Assembly: GCA_041690135.1 (NCBI GenBank)
Contig: JAWLHY010000012.1
Coordinates: forward strand, 64,001-128,000
Direction: 5' to 3'
DNA: 64,000 nt
DNA from: Armatimonadota bacterium
GTDB taxonomy: Bacteria; Armatimonadota; SYMT01
Under the pieces are notes generated by a model, which was not told the DNA's origin, made no database searches, and saw only the letters and a program-made list of their open reading frames with translations. Positions 20,573 to 29,941 of the stretch are shown piece after piece. A program made the position numbers and the translations under genes. How positions within the stretch are numbered: the stretch's first letter is position 1; the number at the start of each line of letters is the position of its first letter.

Positions 20573-20682
20573 CACACTCTCATCCTGCTACTCACCAATG
20601 CTGGCGGGCGAGACACCCGCCCCACTCCGCTCCCTTCGTGATCGTAATCTTGATCTTGATCGAACTCCGGCGAGCGAGACGA

Positions 20683-20735
20683 CCTCACCCCTCCACCCTC
20701 ACTTCGCACCTCGCACTTCGTACCTCACCCCTCAC
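20683..20735 (+). repeat. Degenerate heptamer repeat (CCTCACC / CTTCGCA type)
   Basis: Directly visible pyrimidine-rich units. Confidence 0.6.
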
Positions 20736-21547
20736 TTCTGGCACGTGGGGCAGTGGTAGGTGCCCCGGCCGCCGACCTGGCTGAAGACGATGGGAGTTTC
20801 GCACTGGGGGCAGGGAGTGCCGGCGCGGCGGTAGACGGTGAAGACGTTCTCGGCGCCCTTTTCGCCCAGGTAGATCAGCTCGCGGCGGCCCTGGACGGCG
20901 ATGGCCCACTCCAGGAACCCGGGCGTGATCTCCGCGATCCTTTGCACCTCCGCATCGGTAAGGCTGGAGGCCGGACGGTCCGGCGCGATCCCGGCGCGGT
21001 AGAGGATCTCGATGACGCAGATGTTCCCCAGGCCGCCGATCAGGTGCTGGTCCATCAGCAGGGCCTTGATGGTGCGGTGGCTGCGGGCGGTCAACTCGCG
21101 AAGCCGCTCCACCGGGGTCGGGTCGAGGAGGGCGTCGGGGCCCAGCTCTGCCAGCTCGGATAGGGTATGGGTTTCGGTGGTCCGCACGGCCCACACCCGG
21201 CCGAACCGGCGCCGGTCCTCGAACCGCACCCGCGTGCCGTCGTCCAGCAGCAGGGAGAGGCGGGTCGGCTTTTCGGGGGGTCCCGCCACGTAGGTGTCCC
21301 GCACGAACCGGCCGGTCATGCGCAGGTGCCCCACCAGTGTGTGCTCTCCCTCCAGGTCGATGAACAGGTACTTCGCCAGCCGCCGGACCCCCAGCACCGC
21401 TCGACCCCGGACCGCCGTTTCCCATGGGGCCGGTCCCGGGTCGTCCCGGAGCATCGGGTCCAGCACCGCGTACTCCACGATCTTCCGGCCCGGCAGCCAA
21501 CGCCGCAGGTTCCGCGCGTGGATCTCAACTTCCGGCAGCTCCGGCAT
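20732..21547 (-). CDS. mutM: Formamidopyrimidine-DNA glycosylase / AP lyase
   Basis: MPELPEVE, HLRMTG, DRRRFG, GLGNI, and C-terminal CPQC..CPTCQ zinc finger. Confidence 0.95.
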   Translation of the reverse strand: MPELPEVEIHARNLRRWLPGRKIVEYAVLDPMLRDDPGPAPWETAVRGRAVLGVRRLAKYLFIDLEGEHTLVGHLRMTGRFVRDTYVAGPPEKPTRLSLLLDDGTRVRFEDRRRFGRVWAVRTTETHTLSELAELGPDALLDPTPVERLRELTARSHRTIKALLMDQHLIGGLGNICVIEILYRAGIAPDRPASSLTDAEVQRIAEITPGFLEWAIAVQGRRELIYLGEKGAENVFTVYRRAGTPCPQCETPIVFSQVGGRGTYHCPTCQK

Positions 21548-23177
21548 CCTCTCTCCTCCAGATGGTGAAATGTTCTATTTCCGCCGCGGGCCGGTAACCC
21601 GTCCGCAGCCAGGCGTGGAGCTCCTTCCAGGCGTGGAGCTGGGCGGTCGAGTCGTCGCGGCGGCCGCTGGCGTGGGGGATCCGGTCTTCCCGCAGGACCA
21701 GCACCAGGGCGGGCGGCTGCTCCTCCAGATCCGCGAGGAACTCCGCTCGCCACCGCTCCGGGACAAACGGCGCGGCCACCGGCACGTTGAAGAAGAAGCG
21801 CGTCGGCGCGTGGCGCTCCGCCAGCAGGTAGACCGCCGGCTCGAAGCCCCACACCAGCACCGGGTCTCCGGGACGGGCGTGCTCGCGGACATACTCTGCG
21901 GCCTGCCGGGCGGCCAGGAAGGAGTAGTCCCCCTGCCCCGGCGGTCCGAACCGGGTCAGCCATTGCTCGCGGGAGATCCGGCCGGTCGCCAGCCACGCGG
22001 CATCCCGGTACTCCGCCCCATGGTTGAGCAGGCTCCACCCGAAGGCAATCCCTACGCACACCACCGCGCGGAACCTCCAGGTCGGCACTCTCTCCCCGGT
22101 GGGCCCGCGGGCGCCGGCGCCCTCTCCGGCATCGTTGGTCGCGGGGGCGGTAGGTCGAAGCCGCTCCACCAGGCGCGCCGTGCCGACCGCCGCCAGCAGC
22201 GCGAGGGGAGGCAGCACCGTCTGCCAGTGGTAGCCGAAGTACTTGTCCTGCACCCACACCGCCAGGAGACCCATCCCCAGCATCGCCAGGACCAGCCGCC
22301 GCCCCTCCCGGCTCCATGCTCCGGACCCGCCGCCGAAGACCGCAAACAGGGCCGGCAGCCAGGCCAACCCGAGCCACGGCAGACCGTAGCCGAACAGGTT
22401 GGTGACGCGGCTCCACGGCCCGGACGCATTGATCCGGGAGTAAGCCGCCACGAACCCCTGCTGGATATCCACGTAGTCGTCCCAGATGCCCGTTGAGAAC
22501 ATCCAGGCGACCACCACCAGCAGCGGCGCCGCCGCCCCGGCCAGGAAAAGGCCGCTGCGGACGGCCCTCCGTCCCGGGTCCAACTCCGCTTTCCCCAGGG
22601 CGAACCCCACGAAGGGCAGCAGCGGCAGGACGGTGGTGAACTTCAACACCGCCGCCGCCCCGGCCAGAAGCCCGGCGACCACCATCCCCCTGCCGTCTCT
22701 AAGGGAGTTGGACAGACAGAGGAGCGCCGCTCCCAGGATCAGCGGGTTCGCCCAGCTCTCCGCCTGGGCCAGGCTCCAGAAGGTCCCCTGGAGGTAGAGG
22801 ACGGCATACCACGCGGCGGCGCCCCAGCCCATAGCCTCGGCCGCGAGGGGGTGCTCCGCCTCATCCAGGAGACGCCGGGCCAACCGGGCCAGCAAGACTC
22901 CCGTCAGCGCCGCCACCGCGAGATCCGCGCCGCGCAGGAGCAGCATGAGGGAGGCGCCCGGGTCCGGAGCCAACCGGGCCAGCAGCGCGTAGAGGAGGTA
23001 GATGCCCGGCGGCTTGAGATCCCACACGTCCCGGTACGGCAGCTCGCCCCGGGCCAGCGCCGCGCCGACGTACGCGAAGACCCCCTGGTCCCGCCCGTAG
23101 GGGTAGAAGAGGGTGGGCGCCAGCAGCACCAGCACGATGCACGCGGGAATCAGCGCCCGCAAGGAGGAAGGCTTCAC
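21525..23177 (-). CDS. Membrane glycosyltransferase (GT39/ArnT-like)
   Basis: RDQGVFAY..PYRDVWDLKPPG motif and many TM segments. GTG start at 23177 inferred from coupling to the upstream gene. Confidence 0.8.
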   Translation of the reverse strand: MKPSSLRALIPACIVLVLLAPTLFYPYGRDQGVFAYVGAALARGELPYRDVWDLKPPGIYLLYALLARLAPDPGASLMLLLRGADLAVAALTGVLLARLARRLLDEAEHPLAAEAMGWGAAAWYAVLYLQGTFWSLAQAESWANPLILGAALLCLSNSLRDGRGMVVAGLLAGAAAVLKFTTVLPLLPFVGFALGKAELDPGRRAVRSGLFLAGAAAPLLVVVAWMFSTGIWDDYVDIQQGFVAAYSRINASGPWSRVTNLFGYGLPWLGLAWLPALFAVFGGGSGAWSREGRRLVLAMLGMGLLAVWVQDKYFGYHWQTVLPPLALLAAVGTARLVERLRPTAPATNDAGEGAGARGPTGERVPTWRFRAVVCVGIAFGWSLLNHGAEYRDAAWLATGRISREQWLTRFGPPGQGDYSFLAARQAAEYVREHARPGDPVLVWGFEPAVYLLAERHAPTRFFFNVPVAAPFVPERWRAEFLADLEEQPPALVLVLREDRIPHASGRRDDSTAQLHAWKELHAWLRTGYRPAAEIEHFTIWRREDAGAAGS

Positions 23178-23782
23178 GGGCTCTCGGGAGAATCTCCCGT
23201 CGCTCCCGGCTCCGGGAGCTCCACGTCGAAGTAGATCTCGGAGAGCGGAACGCTGCAGCCGACCGACTCCAGGTTCAGCGTGGCGTGGATATCCTGAATA
23301 TCCCGGAAGAGCCAGCTTTCCCCATCCGGCTGGCGGGTGTAGACCTCCACGTAACACCGGTCCTGGGCAATCAGCACGTACTCCTTCAGCGACTCCAGCT
23401 TGCGGTAGAGCTCGAACTTTCCGGTGTGATCGTACTTCTCGGTTGACTCCGACAGCACTTCCGCGATCACCACCGGGTTCAGGAGAGTATCCTGGTGCTC
23501 ATCCTCGAACTCCTCGCCGCACACGACGAGCACATCCGGATAGGTGTAACGTCCGGATGCGGATACCTTCACCCGCATGTTCTCCACATAGGGCCGGCAC
23601 GGTTTGCCACGCAACGCGGCGCGAAGCTCCGCGCCCAGATTGCCGGCCACCAGGTTGTGTGCCGCGGAATCGCCGGCAATCCCGCACATCTGGCCATCGA
23701 CGTATTCGCTGCGGATCTCCGCCGCGCGCTCCAGGGCCAGATACTCTTCCGGGCTGAGATAGGGGATCGGTTCCGCGGACAT
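23174..23782 (-). CDS. Uma2 family (DUF820) endonuclease-like protein
   Basis: EEYLALER..SEYVDG, YPDVLVVC, EVLSESTEKYD and EYVLIAQD. Confidence 0.9.
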   Translation of the reverse strand: MSAEPIPYLSPEEYLALERAAEIRSEYVDGQMCGIAGDSAAHNLVAGNLGAELRAALRGKPCRPYVENMRVKVSASGRYTYPDVLVVCGEEFEDEHQDTLLNPVVIAEVLSESTEKYDHTGKFELYRKLESLKEYVLIAQDRCYVEVYTRQPDGESWLFRDIQDIHATLNLESVGCSVPLSEIYFDVELPEPGATGDSPESP

Positions 23783-23952
23783 GGGATCTCGGGTGAAGGA
23801 GAGTGGGAGGTTTGGACGCTCACCTCACGTCAATTATCGGGCCGCGCCGCGCGAGCGTCACAAGCGGGGATGTAGGTGCAAAGGGAGAATGGAAGCTGGG
23901 CGCTTCCATTCTCCCCGGATCCGTTGCCGACCGGTGTCGGTGCGGTGGGCGA

Positions 23953-24348
23953 TCAACCGATCTTGTCCAGTACCGCGGCTATGCGCGGGGTGTTCGCCAG
24001 AAACTCCTCCAGGGAGCCGGCGAGAGGGAAGAGGGAGCGCCTGACATTGGGCTCGTTGAACTCCAGGATCACCCATTCCTTACCGTGTCGGTAGTCCTGG
24101 AAGTCAATCTCCTGATCGCCATACCAGGTATGGTCCGCGAAATAGACGCCGGGATCTTCGCCGCTCACCACGACGGCATTCCCGCCCCCCGTGGTTCCGA
24201 TCACATACCATCCGAAGCGGTTGAGGTAGCCGCCTGGGCTTACGCCTTCCATGTTCTCGTCGCGCAGCCTGTCATCGTCGCACCAGGCCACGTCACACTC
24301 GGCTGCCGCCAACCCGTCCCGTTTACGTTTCACTTCCGGTGGGATCAT
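23953..24348 (-). CDS. Hypothetical protein, SUKH/SMI1-KNR4-like immunity fold
   Basis: YVIGTTGGGNAV..PGVYFADH..LAGSLEEFL pattern. Confidence 0.5.
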   Translation of the reverse strand: MIPPEVKRKRDGLAAAECDVAWCDDDRLRDENMEGVSPGGYLNRFGWYVIGTTGGGNAVVVSGEDPGVYFADHTWYGDQEIDFQDYRHGKEWVILEFNEPNVRRSLFPLAGSLEEFLANTPRIAAVLDKIG

Positions 24349-24481
24349 TCGTTGAGCCCTCGAAGGTCAGGCCCGGCGTGGCTCCGCACACCCACTACCC
24401 GTGGATTTGTGCGGAGCTACGCCGGGGCAAGCGGGCAGCGACCGAGGCCCAGGCGCTGCCGTACCAGCGAATCTCACCCGC

Positions 24482-25780
24482 CTAGAAGGACCAGCCGGAC
24501 CGGTACTCCCGTTTCACGATGTGGGCCACTTCCGGAGCGTTGGTGGGCTTGAGGTTCTTCGCGTCCCACTCGATCTTCTTGCCGTCCGCCCACACCGAGA
24601 GGTTGCCGAGCAGGATGGTTTCCGTGAGCGGGCCGGCGTAGTCCGGGAAGTTGGACATCGGCTGCTCACCGCCCTTGATCGCCCGGGTCCACTCCGCGAA
24701 GTGTCCGGGAGACTGCGGGTACTCCACCTGGATCTCGTCCACGCCGAACAGCTTGCCGCCGCCGCCGTAGTCGTTCGAGGTGTAGAGCTTGCCCTTCTCC
24801 CCGATGATCAGCGATCCGCCGCTGGTAAACTTCGTGTCTTCCAACAGCTCCTGGGGTGGGAGCTTGCCGCCGTCGTACCACACCATCTTAATCGGGCCGC
24901 GCTGGTCGGTCGCGGGGAACATGAACTCGATGATCGACCACTTGGGGAAGCTGTCTTTGTTATGGCCGGAGGACTGCGCCTGCACGCTGACCGGGTTGCG
25001 CAGGTCGAGACCCATGAACGGCATGTTGGCGATGTGGCAGGCCATGTCGCCCAGGGCGCCCGTGCCGAAGTCCCACCAACCGCGCCAGCCGAAGGTGTGA
25101 TATCCACCGCCGTAGGGCCGCTCGGGCGCCGGGCCGAGCCAGAGATCCCAGTTCAGGTGGGAGGGGGCAGAGGCCGGCGCGGGCCGGGGCTCGCCCTGCT
25201 TCCAGACGGGACGGTTGGTCCAGACATGCACTTCCTTCACGGGGCCGAGCACGCCGGCGCGGAGCAGGGCCGCCGACTTCCGCAAGCCGCTGTCCCCCGT
25301 GCCCTGGTTGCCCATCTGGGTGGCCAGCTTCTTCTCCCGGGCCACTTCGCCCAGCCGGCGGGCTTCCCAGATGCTGTGGGTGAGCGGCTTCTGGCAGAAG
25401 CAGTGCTTGCCCATCTGCATCGCCATCATGGAGGCGGGATAGTGGGTGTGGTCGGGAGTGCTCACGGTGACCGCGTCGATACCGTCGCCCATCTCCTCCA
25501 GCATCTTGCGGAAGTCGCTGTACTTCTTCGCGTTCGGGTACTTCTGCGCGGCCTTGTTCAGGATGTTCTCATCCACGTCGCACAGCGCGACCACGTTCCC
25601 GTACTTCGCCGCGTCCGCCGTATCGCTCTCGCCCTTGCCGCCCACGCCGATACAGGCGATGTTGATCCGGTCGTTGGCCGCCTGGTTCTCCGCCAGCAGC
25701 GACCGCTCCGCCACCAGCACGCCCATGCCGGCCAGTGCGGTCGTCTTCAGGAATTCGCGCCGGCTACTCTGGTAACTCAT
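24482..25780 (-). CDS. Tat-exported Gfo/Idh/MocA oxidoreductase
   Basis: SRREFLK Tat motif, IGVGGKG, VSTPDHTH, CQKPL and GDMACH. Confidence 0.93.
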   Translation of the reverse strand: MSYQSSRREFLKTTALAGMGVLVAERSLLAENQAANDRINIACIGVGGKGESDTADAAKYGNVVALCDVDENILNKAAQKYPNAKKYSDFRKMLEEMGDGIDAVTVSTPDHTHYPASMMAMQMGKHCFCQKPLTHSIWEARRLGEVAREKKLATQMGNQGTGDSGLRKSAALLRAGVLGPVKEVHVWTNRPVWKQGEPRPAPASAPSHLNWDLWLGPAPERPYGGGYHTFGWRGWWDFGTGALGDMACHIANMPFMGLDLRNPVSVQAQSSGHNKDSFPKWSIIEFMFPATDQRGPIKMVWYDGGKLPPQELLEDTKFTSGGSLIIGEKGKLYTSNDYGGGGKLFGVDEIQVEYPQSPGHFAEWTRAIKGGEQPMSNFPDYAGPLTETILLGNLSVWADGKKIEWDAKNLKPTNAPEVAHIVKREYRSGWSF

Positions 25781-26085
25781 CTCGCTCCTCACTTCGGGCC
25801 GGCCTCACCGCCCGCCCATGCAAATCGATTACCGTTCCTTGTTTCGGGATGCCTGGCGCCAATTCCTGGTCAGTCATCTGCCATTCCGGCACACGATCGG
25901 CCGTGCTAGATGGCGGAGCAGCATCCCACACGGCAAGACCGGTGCGTAACCGTGATGAGGCAGGCATCGGAGAGCCTGCCCTACAAAGGAGCGCCCACAA
26001 AAGCAATCGCGTTCCCCAGGGCCCATCCTGTCAGGTGTTCCTCGCCGCGCCCGTTTTGCCAATGGGAACTTGCATGGTCAAGTGG

Positions 26086-27225
26086 CTACAGATGTTTCTG
26101 TAACCACTCCCAGGCGGTGGGATCGTGCCACTCGTGACCGCCGTCGAAGACCACGAAGCGGAAATGGTCCGCCTTGCCCAGTCCCCGGTAGTAGGTCTCG
26201 CAAGCGGGAGCCAGGCGCTTGCCCATCTCGCGGTGAGTGGCGTTGTCTTTCGCGCCGGCCTGGATTTCCAGGGGCCGCGGGCAGATCAGCGCCACGATCT
26301 CGGAGTCCTTGAACAGGCTCATCCGGTCCGGGAAACGGAAGTCGCTGGGGACCGACAGTTCGTCCTGCTCGTAGCGGTACTCCTGCACACCGAAGTAGCA
26401 GCTCGATACGGCCGCCTTGATGCGCGGCTCCAGGGCCGCGGTGACCAGGGTGTAGTAGCCGCCGTAGGAGAGCCCGACCATCGCCACGCGCTTCGGGTCG
26501 ACCTCCGGCCGCTGCAGGAGGACGTCCAGGCTGCGCGTGATCTTCGCGATCTCGATGGCGGTGAGGCTGGTGCCCACCAGGCGCGCCCGGTCGTCGATCT
26601 GTCGCCGGATGTCCGGCGGGAACCCCTCGGCGCGAAAGAGGTGAGTAGGCGCCCACACCGCGTAACCCCGCTTCACGCCGCCGCGGACCATGTCGCGGTA
26701 GTTGGCCCCGCCGTGGAACAGCGCCACTTCCGGAGATCCGCCTCCACCATGCATGGAGATCACGAGTGGCGCGCGTCCCTTCACGTTCCGGGGCGTGATG
26801 TACATGCCCACCGCATGCACGCCCGGCAGCACCGGGATCCAGGCGCGGTAGTAGGTGCCCAGGCTGTCCTCACCCACCTTTTCGAACCGCGGCTTCTCGG
26901 CTCCCGGCTTACCGGGAGGCGGGTAACCGATGCTGGCCGCGAACGCCTCGCGCAGCTTGCGCGTGGACTTCGCGAACGCCCGCTCCGAAGAGTAGTCTGG
27001 CCGGAAGAGCTTCTTCAGGCGAGTGTCGTCCGCTTTGAGGCTCTTGATATAGGTGTCCAGCTCGCGGGCCTGCTCGGCGCGGATCGGGTTGGAGGCGGCG
27101 ACTTCTTCCTCATAGTAAGGCGAGGGGGGACGTGCCGGTTTCTCCTGCGGGAGGGCCGGCTGGAGGAGCAGCAGCGAGAGGGCGGCGCCGGAGGCCGCCA
27201 GGACCGAAGCGAAGGGGAGGCGCAT
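26086..27225 (-). CDS. Secreted alpha/beta hydrolase (dienelactone hydrolase/esterase-like)
   Basis: Signal peptide, GLSYGG nucleophile elbow and GGHEW. Confidence 0.85.
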   Translation of the reverse strand: MRLPFASVLAASGAALSLLLLQPALPQEKPARPPSPYYEEEVAASNPIRAEQARELDTYIKSLKADDTRLKKLFRPDYSSERAFAKSTRKLREAFAASIGYPPPGKPGAEKPRFEKVGEDSLGTYYRAWIPVLPGVHAVGMYITPRNVKGRAPLVISMHGGGGSPEVALFHGGANYRDMVRGGVKRGYAVWAPTHLFRAEGFPPDIRRQIDDRARLVGTSLTAIEIAKITRSLDVLLQRPEVDPKRVAMVGLSYGGYYTLVTAALEPRIKAAVSSCYFGVQEYRYEQDELSVPSDFRFPDRMSLFKDSEIVALICPRPLEIQAGAKDNATHREMGKRLAPACETYYRGLGKADHFRFVVFDGGHEWHDPTAWEWLQKHL

Positions 27226-27292
27226 GCGGGGGACTTTCTTTGGAGATGGATGGCTACCAGGGAGTTCAGTCTCCTTTTCACTGCCTTGCTCT

Positions 27293-27395
27293 GCCGCCCC
27301 TCCAGGGCTTTTCCGCAGGGGCGCTGGGTCCGGGGGTTTACACCCCCCCTGCCCGCATTACGGGCGCCCGTTCTCCGGTCGCCCCTCCGGGACTG
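27293..27395. repeat. REP-like element (CGCCCCTCC[A/G]GG repeated at both ends)
   Basis: CGCCCCTCCAGGGCT ... CGCCCCTCCGGGACT with an internal GGGGG-TTTACA-CCCCC hairpin. Confidence 0.45.
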
Positions 27396-27527
27396 CCTAC
27401 CGGTGAAACACCAAGGCGGGAAGGCTCGGTTGCCGGAGGAACCGCCCGGGACCTCCGATAATTGGAAGAGTGTCGGCGCAGCGTACCACTCGCTGTTCCC
27501 CGCAGCCCCACTGCAGCCCCAGTGAGG

Positions 27528-28142
27528 ATGGCCATGTGCTCCCTACCCCCAAATTACCTGACCCCGGAAGAGTACCTGGCGATTGAGCGCCAAGCAGAGT
27601 TCAAGAGTGAGTACTACGCCGGCGAGACGTTCTCCATGGCAGGAGCTACTCGCCGCCACGTGCTGATCACCGGTAACACTCTCATTGCCGTTGGAGTGCA
27701 GTTGCGTGGACGTGGGTGCGAGGTTTACAGCAGCGGGATGAGGGTTTTGATAGAGGAATCTGGCCTCTATACCTATCCGGACGCGGTGGTCATTTGTGGA
27801 GAACGGCGGTTTCTGGATGACCGCGAAGATACGCTGATCAACCCGACCGTCCTGATTGAGGTGCTGTCGGAGAGCACCGAGGCCTATGACCGTGGGAGGA
27901 AGTGGGGTCACTACCAGCGGCTACCGTCCCTCCGAGACTACCTGTTGATTTCCCAGGACGCGCCGCGGATCGAACAGTTTAGCCGCCAGGGAGAGACCGA
28001 CCAGTGGATCTTCCGCTCCTACGATGGGCTCGATGCGGTGATCGATCTTGCCTCCATCGATTGTAAGCTCCCGCTGGCAGAGGTTTTCGAACGGGTCGAA
28101 TTCGAAGCTACCTCCGAAACTACCAACAGCCCAGAAGGGTAA
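27528..28142 (+). CDS. Uma2 family (DUF820) protein
   Basis: EEYLAIER..KSEYYAG, YPDAVVIC and EVLSESTEAYDRG. Confidence 0.9.
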   Translation: MAMCSLPPNYLTPEEYLAIERQAEFKSEYYAGETFSMAGATRRHVLITGNTLIAVGVQLRGRGCEVYSSGMRVLIEESGLYTYPDAVVICGERRFLDDREDTLINPTVLIEVLSESTEAYDRGRKWGHYQRLPSLRDYLLISQDAPRIEQFSRQGETDQWIFRSYDGLDAVIDLASIDCKLPLAEVFERVEFEATSETTNSPEG

Positions 28143-28157
28143 TCCCGGAGTATTCCC

Positions 28158-29312
28158 TTGTCATCTCAAGCCACCATCCGCCGTGTCGTCGCGCACGAAG
28201 TCGTCGTTCCCACCCGGCCGGGGTTCGTCAACAGCCCGGAAATGGGCAACTTTCTCGGCCACGAGTGGGACGAGATGCCGATCTGCCTGCTGGAGGTAGA
28301 GACCAGCGACGGCATTACCGGCCTGGGAGAGGTCGGGCGCGGCACGTTCCTGAAGGAGATCGATCCCTGGCTGCGACAGCTTCCGGGGCTGGAGCTCCGC
28401 GGGTTCAATCCCTCCTGCCTGCCCGCGAGCTGGCGAGCCCCTTCCCTGTACGGCGGCGCAATCGAAGAGGTCCATCCCACCCCCCTCTGGGCGCCTAACC
28501 AGCCGGTGACCTATGCGCTGGAGATGGTGCTGCTGGATTGGGCGGGGAAGCGGCTCGGCTGCCGGGCCGTCGACCTCCTGGGCGGCGCGTACCGGGAGGC
28601 GGTGCCGGTCGACTTCTGGGCCGGGCGCAAAACACCCGAAGACCTCCGCCGCACCATCGCCCAGGCGGTAGAGCTCGGGTTCCACGGGATCAAGATGAAG
28701 TCGAAGTTCGGCGACCCGGTCGCCGAGCAGGTGCGGGCGATCCGGGAAGTGGGGGGAGACGGTTTCTCGGTAACGATCGACCCGATGTACCAGTGGTTCG
28801 GTCCCAGCGAGTCGCTGGCGACCCTCAAGTCGCTCGAGCCGTTCGGCGCCGGCGTGCGCGTGGAGGACCCCTTCCCGGAGGACCGGCCGGAGTTCTGGCG
28901 GCGGGCGCGCCAGACGGTTTCGGTGCCCCTCATCTGGCATGCGCGTGGGCTGGGATCGCTGCGGCGCGCGCTCCAGGAACAGTGTGCCGACGCCTTCAAC
29001 TGCAGCGGAGGCCCGTGGGAGTTCCTGACCGCCGCGCACGCAGTTGAGGTCGCGGGCTACTCCTGCTGGCGGGGCTCTTCCATTGAGCTCGGCGTCGGCC
29101 AGGTCGCCGGTCTCCACGCAGCCGCGGCGGCGCGGTGCTGCGTGATGCCCTCCGACTTCCAGAGCGGCCTCATCCGGGAGCACACCCTCGTCACCTGGGA
29201 CTGGCCCTACCGCGACGGCGCCCTGCCCCTGCCCACCGGGCCCGGCCTGGGGGTGGAGCTGGACCGGGACGCGGTGGCCCACTACACCCGCGCCCAGGCC
29301 GTCTACGCGTAG
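28158..29312 (+). CDS. Mandelate racemase/muconate lactonizing enzyme family protein
   Basis: GLGE, KMK, TIDPM, EDP and PTGPGLGVELD motifs. Confidence 0.88.
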   Translation: MSSQATIRRVVAHEVVVPTRPGFVNSPEMGNFLGHEWDEMPICLLEVETSDGITGLGEVGRGTFLKEIDPWLRQLPGLELRGFNPSCLPASWRAPSLYGGAIEEVHPTPLWAPNQPVTYALEMVLLDWAGKRLGCRAVDLLGGAYREAVPVDFWAGRKTPEDLRRTIAQAVELGFHGIKMKSKFGDPVAEQVRAIREVGGDGFSVTIDPMYQWFGPSESLATLKSLEPFGAGVRVEDPFPEDRPEFWRRARQTVSVPLIWHARGLGSLRRALQEQCADAFNCSGGPWEFLTAAHAVEVAGYSCWRGSSIELGVGQVAGLHAAAAARCCVMPSDFQSGLIREHTLVTWDWPYRDGALPLPTGPGLGVELDRDAVAHYTRAQAVYA

Positions 29313-29325
29313 CTGCGGGATGCTC

Positions 29326-29358
29326 GAGAATCCGTACCGCCGGGTGGTACGGATTCTC
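29326..29358 (+). terminator. Hairpin after enolase-family gene
   Basis: Perfect 13-bp stem GAGAATCCGTACC / GGTACGGATTCTC. Confidence 0.55.
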
Positions 29359-29494
29359 CTCCCGCGCGGGGATTAGCCTCCGCCCCTCCAGGGAAACGTG
29401 CGGGTGGGATCCCCGGTGGGGGTCACTTCCGCCGCGACTCCACCGCCGTTACGCCGTTACCAGGTCGGGATCCCTGGGAATGGAGGGAGCAAGG

Positions 29495-29941
29495 ATGGCA
29501 ACACGCCAGGAGACAACGCACGAGACGAATTATGAAACGTTCGAGGCTCGCCGGGAGAACTGGGCAAACCTGCTGAACGCCTTTACCGCACGTAACCAGG
29601 CCCGGACCTGCCGCCTGGAGGTGCTCGCCCCCGAAGAGGCGCGCCTGCTGGTGGACGACCGGCCGTTCCTGGCCATCTCCCTGGATGACGCAAAGGGAGA
29701 GCCTTGCATCATCGTGGAGTGCGGGGACACGGCCGGGGAGAGCCCGCGCTCGCTGCGGCACATCATCACGGACCCCACCGCCGTGCGGGAGTGGCGTCCA
29801 CACGGGTCGACCGATGCCCTCGAGATCGAGGTCCGCGGCCAGGGGAAGGTCGTTCTGACGATTAACCCTCACCCCGGCCGGGAGACACTGCATCTGGACG
29901 AAGTCGGCCGCTCCGAAGCGCCGATGGGGATCTCAGGGTAA
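29495..29941 (+). CDS. DUF5335-like protein
   Basis: SD before ATG at 29495, and WANLLNAFT..RLEVL..PFLAISLD..LRHIITDP..ALEIE pattern. Confidence 0.65.
   Translation: MATRQETTHETNYETFEARRENWANLLNAFTARNQARTCRLEVLAPEEARLLVDDRPFLAISLDDAKGEPCIIVECGDTAGESPRSLRHIITDPTAVREWRPHGSTDALEIEVRGQGKVVLTINPHPGRETLHLDEVGRSEAPMGISG

Noticed and set aside
24401-25909. 502-aa plus-strand ORF (and similar long antisense ORFs elsewhere)
   Set aside because: Shadows of well-supported genes on the opposite strand.
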